From positions 31,117,802 through 31,181,801 of the forward strand of contig OZ316892.1 in the NCBI GenBank assembly GCA_973895155.1: a DNA stretch of 64,000 nt, given 5' to 3'. Shown piece by piece: positions 13,293-22,985 of this stretch (positions are counted from its first letter, which is position 1; each line of letters opens with the position of its first letter). Both the position numbers and the translations under genes were made by a program. A model generated the notes under the pieces. It did no database searches and was not told the DNA's origin. It saw only the letters and a program-made list of their open reading frames with translations. The stretch is from Marsupella aquatica. Its lineage: Eukaryota > Plantae > Marchantiophyta.

Positions 13293-13555
13293 AGAGAGGG
13301 GGGGGGAGGGAGAGACATAGAGAGAGGAAGAGGAGCCGTGTCGAGAGGGATACCACTAGGGGACACAGTGGCACTAGAGATGTAGTCCCTAGGAGTAGAG
13401 GCAAGGGAGCTGTGGAGTTGGTGTCTGGTAGCAGTAGTTCAGACGAGGATCCACTTCGGTACGAGTTGCGGCCCCGAGGCAAACAGTCGGAGGCATCGCC
13501 ACGTATTTCTGTTCGCAGGTCTGGACGTGATAGGAGCCGCTCTCAGCGGCATTAG
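11360..13555 (+). pseudogene. TnpA/Ptta (Transposase_24)-like gene, divergent from the transposase; exons ~11360-12545, 12847-12963, 13055-13555; frameshifted
   Basis: WTTWKDL...IVGYLADRRFRWRNKVRK...KPEGMSDADFKLIV...AARKSN...WGQGGW fits the Ptta-like pattern. GTAAGT donors at 12546 and 12964 with in-phase CAG acceptors. A 25-bp tandem duplication (11730-11754/11755-11779) splits ORFs 11360 and 11736. Confidence 0.7.
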
Positions 13556-14181
13556 GGTATACCATGCATGACTAGGTGGACGTCCACCTGCATTTTGTAC
13601 ATTTTTGGCACAAACTTTTGACGCCACCCATTTATAGTGGCATTCCGGACTTCATATGTCTATTTATGTGTATTCCGTGTGTATATGAACCTAAACCTAA
13701 AGCCCACCCAACTAAGGTAGCCTGGAAGGATGTTCCATACAAGATTAATGTTTACCACAAACGGCACTCCATTCACGTCTCTCCATTCTTGGTACTATTT
13801 TCAAACGTTCTCGTTAACACCATTTTTACCAAGCCTCACATGACTAACTACTCATACGTCCTGGACAGACTCATCATTAACAAAGTCACAAACTACGTAA
13901 TCTGAAATTAACGTCGTTTTAAACGATGTTATCAGCTGATTTCCCTGTTCAATCTGCGTCCAGAATAACGTCTTTATTTACGACGTTAATATGTAACGTA
14001 GTATGGACTGACGTATGTAACGTAGTTTTGGACGATGTAAACTGTAACCTTTGTTACTTCGTACAAAACGTGCCGTCATTCACGTCGAGTATGTCGCCTT
14101 TCTTTAGCAGCAAGGAGACGTCGGGCTTAACGTCTTCATGTAACATGTAAAAAGTCCTGATAATGTAGTTGTTTAGGGTAG

Positions 14182-15681
14182 ATAACACTTGGAACCAGTT
14201 TGGTTCATTTCTGCTTTCTTCCCTCGGAGTAAACACTGAAAACCTTACAATAGGCTGCCACCAGAGTGCTCAAGTGAATGGAATCCACCAACGTCCTCTT
14301 CCTTTGAGCCTCGTAGCTTGCATGGGTGCAGGAGGAAGCACTTAAATTGGATTGTGCTCTTTCATCCGTTCAAGTTCAGAGCCACAACTATGGTTCAGAG
14401 AACTACTCTCGGACTGGTTGTTGTGAGTAAAAGTTGTTGTAGCTGTTTTCAGGGGATTCCGCTTTCAATCAGTTCAGTGAGCTCGATCAGCGAAGGCAAC
14501 TCACATCCAGGTTGCATGTGCCCTTCCAAGTCCCTATTGCGAGCAACCTGCTTCATGGTTGGCATTCCTGTCGATCACATAAACAGCCCTCAATTCCAAC
14601 CGTAATTAGAATTCCAAATTGAACCAGGTTTACATTCAATTAGCACAACATACAAATTTCAATTCACTGGTCAGCGATAGGAAATGTAATGCATCGAGGC
14701 TGAGTACGACTTAGAGTGCACGTTCTATGGGCCGATGACAGATTGACCTTTCGATTGTAATAAAAGAGTATAGAATGCCTATAGAAATTGCGAAACCTAT
14801 TGCCGTGCTTGATGCCTTCATCGGGTTCTTCCATCCCTTCGTGCAACGATTTCCCATGCCATCCCTCCCAACCACAATTAATTCCTCCCGTCTCCACTTC
14901 TCATCGCTTCTCATTCAATTCTTCCCCACCAGAGCCCATAAAATCTCCATGGCTTCTCATGCCTGCAACATAGGGTCTACGATGCATTGGATGCCAATCA
15001 ACCCAAAATCACAATTGCATTTCACCGAACCACACAGCAATTCTCTCGTGCACCTCTCATCGCTTCTCAATCAATTCTTCCCCACCCACTGGCGTCCATA
15101 AAATCTCCATAGCTTCTCAAGATGCATTGGAATGCCGCAGGCCAGAGGTACTTCTTGCCCTCTATTCAGTAAAGCACAACTCTTCCCACACTTGCTCGTA
15201 ACCTGGATACGCAGCTACATGCAGCAGGCGATGCGGAGTCACGAGTGCGAGCCACCGCAAACTCTAGCGACCTCCTCTTCGGGATAACATTTTGGCCCTA
15301 AATAGTAAGTTTCCTTTGTAGTTGGTTTGCAATGTTACTGTACTTGTCGTGGATTTACGTTCGGAGTCGTCTATCCTGGTTTGGTACACTGCATTTACTC
15401 TTAACCCAGTAGCTATAATTGCCGTTGGAGTTACTTAATTTACGGATTAGTTTATTGACGGATAAGTCCTGCCTTTCAATTCTCTACACGACTCTTTGGT
15501 AGAATATTTATAAGAAGAGCACCACTTACTGACGGGAACTTTCCTTCCTGGACACATCGTTTTAAAAAATTGTGTGAGATCCATTCGAATCCCGTTGGCA
15601 AACCCGACGTAAATAGGACTCCTCTGTAGAGTGTTGCCGACTAGTGAAATGCAGGCAATCAGTCAAATTTGGCTCTCCACA
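14182..15681 (+). repeat. 1,500-bp direct repeat, copy 2
   Basis: About 99% identical to 2107-3606. Confidence 0.97.
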
Positions 15682-15830
15682 TTCGGACTAATAGCCTACG
15701 TCGGACTAATAGCCTACATTCGGATTAATAAAGGGAAGCACACAATGACATGCCTAATCACCCGAGACTGCAGTTTAAACATAGCATTCTACAAAACCAT
15801 CTTCCAATCGGTGTAGCCTACATTCAGACT
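15678..15830 (+). repeat. Short tandem repeat, ~20-bp unit (CATTCGGACTAATAGCCTA-like)
   Basis: Two to three adjacent copies plus a dispersed copy at ~15815-15830. Confidence 0.7.
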
Positions 15831-18169
15831 AAAAGGCTACAGGATTTTGTGAAGCCGGGGGGAGAGGGGGGGAGCACGGAATGACATGCGTATTCACCCG
15901 CCACTCCATTTACAAGGTGGTGACGACTTTCCCTTCAATCAAATGAAACACTTTTTATTATGAATGACTCTAGTACATTCAGTGGTGTCCATCTTTTAGT
16001 GGGACATATCCTCCAGCGAACTACTTCTTGTACAGCTTGGTGTTTAGGTATAATTAGGAAGAGGCATACTGTGCACACAAATTCTGCTAGGCATGTTGGA
16101 AATTCTTTTCCAATCATCAACTTTGTCTGTTGCCCACTTGTGAGTGCCATACAGAACAAACCCGCTCCTACCGCTGGTGGTTTCCAGATAGAACAACTCA
16201 TTAACCACTAGACAGTCGGGTTCCTCCTCCCTGAAGCAATAGCAAAGATCGCCATCTTTGTAACTGTTTCCTTCCAATAAAATTGCGGCTGGAAATCCAG
16301 AGTAAATCTTCTGTGTCCCACCCATGGTACAGTCAGCAAAACAGAGCGTCCACGTTCGGCAAATCCTTTCACTGTCTTCGACTGCCCAAAACTCAAACTC
16401 GGTTGGCTCTATAGAAGCTAACTTCATGTCTAGCCGAGTGGATGAAGCAAGCTTCCAATTCCAGCATGGATCGGCGAGGAAGCGGTGGTAGTCTTCCACA
16501 TACCTGCTCATCACTAGACTCGCGAAACAACACGAATATATGTCATCGGTGACTGGAAGCCTGCACAAACACAGAGAAATGGAAATGAAAAACATAGAAT
16601 GCGCGTAGATAGCCGGGGGACGACATCAATCCATACCAAGATAAACACAGTTATTCTATGAAAATCAGTGAGCGCACCCCAGTATATTAACAGTATATTA
16701 CCTGATGTGCTATCACCGGCGCACGGCGCGCGCATTACGGAGAGGTGAAACTTTAAACTAAACTGGATGATTAATCGTACCTTTCCCATGAAGGTCGGAA
16801 TGCAAGCGCCACTCTCTTGCGCAATGACATTTCGGTCTCCTTGAATGTATTGTACTCGCTGACATAGTGAACCTCCAACATCGATGAAGACAACCTGGCG
16901 GCCATTTTCTGCAAATCACCTCTTCCGTATGGCTGTTCATCGTGTGCAGGAAAACGAATGTTAAAAAGGTGTGAATGAGAAAGACTTCAACTCCAGTAAC
17001 ATCGAGAACTTCGGGTCGCAAACAGGCATGGTAGCAAACTCCATCCTCTCAAAACAGCCTCATCACAAAATAAGAAACAGTTTGCCCGATGAGGCTAGCT
17101 TCTCCATTGCCGTCTGCAAAAGAAGGACTAAAGCAAGGAACGAAGAAGCAAAAGAAGGAAGAATGCAATCGTAAGCACCCTACACTCGACCTCCCCACCT
17201 AAGGCGCCTCGATCCTGATGTGTTCGTGTCCCAAGCTGTCGTGCCTCCTGGCTACCTCGATCTTGGAAGCGAAACGCAGTCTAGAATGCAGGTAGGGCCA
17301 CAGGGGATTTGCAGCACTTATGTACTCCGTAAGTGGCTTAGTGTGAGAACTTAGGGCTAAATCTATTCTCCCCTTCTTCAAATTTTGTCCCATTTTGGCT
17401 CTATCTCCCCTCTCCCCCTTTTGTTCCGTGTTGGCCAAGTTCTCGCCACTGTCCCTCTCATCTCTGTAAAGTGCTTTATCGTTGTAAGTTTGTCTTTTCT
17501 TTAATTTCTCTACCTTTTTAATTGTTCTCCATTTACTCAAATTTTGTCCTTTTTGTTAATATTCCGCTTCCCCTCTTCTTCTTTTTTTCCTCTCGGCCAA
17601 TTTCTGTCTACCTTCCGCCTCATCTTCGTTTGCATAGTTCTGTACTATTATAATAATTGCACCCTGTATTCCCCATGGGCGAGCCATAATTAGTGTACTT
17701 TCTAGTACAATTGTTCTAGAATGGAGGGCTGAGGATGTCAGGTCTGTGTGGCGGATGAGGGGCTTCCACCGTCCTTTCAAGGAGGAAGGTGGGCATGTGA
17801 CCTTCGGAGGGCTAGCTCTCTTTTTCATGATCAATGGTGATGGAAATGTGGCGGGATCCTGTATTATAGTTGTAGACTAGCTCAAAAACCGTGCTCCGCA
17901 CAAAATATGTTGTTAGCTATCACTCTTTACACAGTATTTAGTGTCATTAGATTTCTTGCATGTGGGAATAGTTAGTTCGTGTTTGTGACAAGGCAATAAA
18001 AAAACGTCAATCCCGGTAACTGTAAAAATGAAAAAAAATTGAAGAGTAAAGTTGAAACAAACAAAGAATGAGGTAAAGAGTAATTAACATTTGGAAGATA
18101 TATCAGTGTTTTGCATTAAATGTTAGATTTTCTTTTAATTTCCAAAGATTTTTAAATAGACACGGCTAG

Positions 18170-18430
18170 AGGAAGTAGAAACAAACTGTTGGGCTTCGAA
18201 GGTTTTGTAATAAGTATTTGGTGAGGTAAAAACAAACTGTTGGGTTTCCAAAGTTTTGTAATAAATATTTGATAAAGTAAAAACAAACTATTGGGTTTCC
18301 AAGTGGAAATTGCAGTTGTAGATGGTAAGTTTTACATGGCTTGAGATGACAAAGGGAATGGCTGGCTTGATGATTTGAGATAATATGACAAAGGGAATGG
18401 CTGGCTTGATGACTTGAGATAACATGAAAA
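18170..18430 (+). repeat. Short tandem repeats (~53-bp x3 and ~38-bp x2)
   Basis: Recurring AAACAAACTGTTGGGTTTC and ATGACAAAGGGAATGGCTGGCTTGATGA. Confidence 0.75.
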
Positions 18431-19399
18431 AGCTAATGGCTACCCTTATACTCTTAGATCTGGCAATTTGCCCTCTCACCCAAGCCAATTTTTGGTGAAT
18501 TTACTAGGAATATTAATGTAAGTTACAAACAAATCCTGCGTACATTATTTGGCAATTCCTCCTACTAACAGCTGGAGTAGGCAAATGTCTTGCAGGTAGG
18601 GGAACCTTTAAACCACAGCTGCAGATATATATACCGGTAGCTCTCATTTCCACTATGAATGAAGGGATGGGCAAGATTGTTCTTTCATTGATCCAATTTG
18701 TTGAATGTATTCAAGTTTATCTGTCTCAGGGGTCCTCGAACTACTTTAATTTATTTTTATTTTTATTTATTTTTAAGGGGAAATCTGTGAAACCCCACAG
18801 AAAGGGAAGAGTCAATCACAATAGTTGAACCCAAAACCTATCAGTCTCTACTCAAGTGAGCTACCACAAAGTCATGCCTCTCTACTTTTTATTGAAATGG
18901 GTGTTATTCATAAGGCACATTGAATTAAGTGCACATATAGTAGCATCCTTGTGTCATAAAACTTGACTGTACTTTTCATTGATCAGTGTGCTTATATATA
19001 TCTAGAGTATTTATAGTAAAATTACCTATTTGGACAGGCTATTTCTTGGACTTCTTGAGGCATGTGGGTATGTAAAAATTTCAATTATGTGTTAGTTGAC
19101 TTGAAGTAACAACTTATTGGATGCCCTTGTGTGCAACTCTTTGGAACTTTTCTTATGAGGACTCTGACTAAGTGGCTTGCGGGTTTGTGATTCCCCTTGT
19201 GCACTGAAGCTGACTCCGCCAACTTCATCATTTATATGATTTTTGTGCTGTCTAAATTCATTTCTATATCACTTACAGAATAGACATGATGGTCTATTTT
19301 GTTGAAATCTTAGTAGGCCAAAGTTGAGAATTAAACAAATGCAAAGCCAGTGAATGGTTAGCTTTCCACATAAGATACGTATTCGGACACAAGTGCATT

Positions 19400-19955
19400 C
19401 TAAGCCAATTTACCTAAGCCGACTTTAAGCCAATTTGACCTAGGAAAATTAGACCTGAGCTGACCTCACCTACGCCAATCTGACCAGAGAAAACCTTGGC
19501 TAAGCCAAGTTGGCCTTTGCCAACCTAATCTATCTAAGGCAACTTCAAAATTTAGACCTGTCCAGCTTTGCGCATTTTTAATTTCATTTCTATTGGCTAA
19601 AAAAGGTGTGAATTTATTGCCTGATAGTATAGACATACTTAGCCGTATACTCTGGTAAAAGATCAGTGCCACTACAGCTTCAAGTTGAGAAATAACAACG
19701 TACAAATGTATATAAAATAGACAAAGCTAAATTTGCTATAAGTTTGCCGCACTTTACACAAATGTCTTCTATATAAGGCCGATGTCACGTAAGATGATTT
19801 GACCTAAGGTGATTTACCTAAGTTGACCTTAAGTTAACCTCACCTAAGCAGATCTGACCTCAGCCAAAATTTATCTGGTTAGTTTGTTGCAAAAGACATG
19901 ATTAATGCCTTCTAAGCTGATTTGACCTTGGCAGATCTGACCTAAGCCAAGCTCA
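19400..19955 (+). repeat. Degenerate ~15-bp repeats (GACCTAAGCCAATT-like) in two patches
   Basis: Recurring TGACCT and CTAAGC words at 19400-19560 and 19790-19955. Confidence 0.6.
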
Positions 19956-20094
19956 TGTAACGTTCCGACAACCCCCCCCCCCCCGCCCCCCTTAATTCTT
20001 AAACAAAAGGATTTTCCAGGGAAAAAAAGAAAAACAATTCAATGAATCTAGGAATTACGAATTAGTAAATAAGCAAACAAAAAAAAACAGCTTT

Positions 20095-21330
20095 TCTCTT
20101 AACAACATCTTGGGTGCCACAACATCTTTTTTATTAACTACATCTTGGGTGCCACAACATCTTTTTTATTAACTACATCTTGGGTGACACAACATCTTTT
20201 TTCTTAAGTACATTTTGGGTGCCACGACATTTTTTTCTTAACTACGTCTTGGGTGACACAACATCTTTTTTCTTAAAGACACCTTGGGGCGACACCACAT
20301 TAGTTTTCTTCATGACATCTTCGGCCACACGACATTTTCTTTCTTCCTGATTGCACTACCTTGAGGAAGCACACACTGTCACACTGAGCTAGAGGTGAGA
20401 GGAAGCACGGTACTATCCACCTCATTCTTTTATCATCAAAATGCGATGACATGATCCGATGGCCATATATGTATCCGCCAAAATTGTTTTTGTAAAAGGA
20501 CGGCGTCGCCCAAAAGGGCGGGATGGTGTATTATAGAATAACTAGCTCAATACCTGTGCGTTGCACAAAAGAAGTTGTGTCGGCCAAGATGTCATTGAGA
20601 AAAATGATGTAGTGTCAGCCAAGAGGTCGTGGAGAAAAAAGATGTAGTGTTGCCTAGGAGGTCGTGGAGAGAAAAGATGTCGTGTTGCCCAAGAGGTTGT
20701 GGAGAGAAAATATGTCGTGTTGCCCAAGAGGTCGTTGAGAGAAACGATGACATGTGGCCCAAGAGGTCGTTGAGAGTAAAGATGTCGTGTCACCCAAGAG
20801 GTCATTGAGAGAAAAGAAGTTGTGTAGGTCAAGATGTCGTTGAGAAAAAAAGATGTTGTATTGGCCAAGAGGTCGTTGAAAGAAAACATGTAGTGTCAAC
20901 CAAGAGAAAAAAAGATGTCTTGTTGGCCAAGAGATCATTGAACAAAAAAATGTCATGTCAGCCAAGAAGTCGTTGAGAAAAAAGACGTTGTGTGGGCCAA
21001 GATGTCGTTGAGAAAAAATTGTCATGTTGGCGAAGATGTTGAGAAAGCAACGTCATGTCGGCCAAGACATCGTTCACGGAAAATACCAGTGCGTTGCACA
21101 AAAGATGTTGTTAAGAAATAAGATGTCGTGTTGCCCAAGATGTTGTTAAGTGAAAGATGTCACAAAGTAAAAAGATGTCTTAAGAAAAAGTAGTTTTGCC
21201 AAACATGCCATTGTGTGAAAGATGTTATTAAGAAAAATGTGTCATTTTGCCAAAGATATCGTGAAGTAAAAGATGTTAAAAGAAAAATGGTGTTATTTCA
21301 CCCAAGCTATCGTTTTGTGAAAGATGTTAT
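20095..21330. repeat. ~32-bp degenerate minisatellite in two oppositely oriented blocks (20095-20340 and 20570-21330)
   Basis: AACAACATCTTGGGTGCCACAACATCTTTTT versus AAAAGATGTCGTGTTGCCCAAGAGGTCGTTGAG (approximate reverse complements). Confidence 0.85.
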
Positions 21331-21883
21331 GAAATAAAAAATCAAGGAAACTAAGAAGGAGTGAGTCTTTTCTTTGTTTTGTTTTTTTACCCAAAATGCC
21401 CATGCATTTGAATGTCAACCACTATAAATTGGAGCGATGTTATATTATTGGTTTCAGATTTAGTGTTTTAGGGTTTAGCAAAGATGACTATTCTCTCAAT
21501 ATCCTTTCAATCCCAGTGCGTTGCATAATAGATGTTGTTTGGTTAAAGATGTTGTTGAGAAATAGATTGTACGTGGTGCAAAAGATAATCGTTGAATAAT
21601 TGTTAAAATACATTATTACACAAAAACTTTTGTTGAGTGAAAGATATCATTGTGCAAAATAGAAATTGGGGTCCATGCAAGATAACTAAAAATTAACTAA
21701 TTTCCAAAGAGTTAAATCTCCTTTTTAAGAGCAAAAGCCAATTTTAGGTTCCCATCTCACTCAATCCAAGAGCCATAAATAATTCAAGAAAATATCTGAT
21801 GGCTTAGCTTTGTTCCCTCCTTTTTCATTTTTGTAACGGGACGAAGTACTAAAACTGGCGGGATTCGTTATTAAAGTAGAAGA
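20542..21883 (-). mobile_element. Non-autonomous Helitron-like unit
   Basis: Minus-strand 5' end A|TCTTCTACTTTAATAACGAATCCCGCC and 3' end GTGCAACGCACAGGTATTGAGCTAG. Confidence 0.65.
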
Positions 21884-22985
21884 TAAAAGAAAGATAGAAG
21901 AAAGAAGATGAAATTATAAAAACAACTATCATTCATTTCATGTGTATGTGCAAATCTTTTTTTTCGAGCTATATCATCCCGGGTATATCATGTGTATGCG
22001 CAAATCTTTCTTTGAATGCACATATACTTTTAATGCACATGTACTTTAAACTCGAGAAGGCCTACACCCAGACCCTAGCTTCCCCTTGGCGCTTTTTTTT
22101 TGAGTAAGTTAAGCCGGTCGTGTGCCGGCTGTACGTTGTGGAAAGTATGAGTGAGGCTGTGCGCAAAAGGCATGTGTGATCAAGCAGAGGGAGTCTGTAT
22201 GCCGACCCACGTATGCTCTGAGACACCTGGGAGGTCGTATAAACCATAACTAACACCGTATGCCTTTGATCGTGTTGATTGGCCCACATTGACCCTGACA
22301 GGATTCCCTTCCTCCTGAAAGCGCTCCAAGATGCACACTAACCACACACGTGCAAGATATCGTTATCAATCAACGCATGACGTTAAAGGTAGAGTAAACT
22401 ACAAGATAATAATAGGGCGATGAGTCTGGATCACAAATAACTCGAAAGAGAATCGTCGCCGTCCACATTTGAGCACGCAGCCGCCAAAATTGAATCCTGA
22501 GGTACGAGCATACTCATTACATGCAGTCAATGCACAGGTCAGATTCAGATTGTCAGTTACAGCGGGCAGCAGGTGCATCACTGCGTCAGATTCAGATTCA
22601 GGGCATAGACCATCAGTACTTCCTTCGTACAAGACCAATCGTAAGTGGGAAGGAACTTGGAGGCCGAATACGTTGTGGACGGTGTGTGTATAGATTGCGA
22701 GTAAGGAATTACCAAAGCGAAAACCCGGTGGGCTAAACTTTGGACAAGAGTTCCCGACCACAAAGTTCCCCTCGGAGAAGTGCTCTTCGTTGTTGAAAGG
22801 CTACGTGTATGCGGGAAAATTGTGAACAGTCGGACAATAAATCGGATTGTGAAAAGAGGTAGTGGGAGATTCGATCACCTTGAACCCGAGCTCAATTTGC
22901 AATTCCGGGAAGTCAGAAAGAGGCCCCTTTGCTTTGACCGAAACGGCTTTGGTGCAAAATTGGTTGTCGTAGGAGCTGCGAAATC

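Larger units (their letters stand above)
3603..14172. mobile_element. CACTA/EnSpm-superfamily DNA transposon (~10.6 kb) with transposase, SET-domain exon, TnpA-like gene and orphan ORF
   Basis: Left end CACAACTAGATTTT; right end read inward ACAACTACATTAT (11/13 match, terminal base missing). Motif-rich subterminal regions and CACTA-type coding content. Confidence 0.85.
14182..17050 (-). pseudogene. Decayed multi-exon gene of unknown function; the target of the CACTA insertion
   Basis: Exon-like frames at ~16560-15935 (frameshifted), ~15685-15530 (ends in a GTAAGT donor) and ~14570-14182. The last frame continues past the left edge of repeat copy 1 (below 2107). Several in-frame stops. Confidence 0.45.
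17877..20541 (-). mobile_element. Non-autonomous Helitron-like unit
   Basis: Minus-strand 3' end GTGCGGAGCACGGTTTTTGAGCTAG (hairpin plus CTAG). The 5' end TTATTCTATAATACACCATCCCGCC resembles the TC-starting ends at 17876, 21883 and 32961. Confidence 0.6.

Noticed and set aside
2107-15681. LTR retrotransposon with 1.5-kb LTRs
   Set aside because: The repeats lack TG...CA ends, PBS and PPT, the interior has no gag or pol, and the repeat carries exon-like pieces of the flanking gene.
20095-21330. CRISPR-like array of ~32-bp repeats
   Set aside because: The units are adjacent and degenerate with no unique spacers, there are no cas genes, and the context is eukaryotic.
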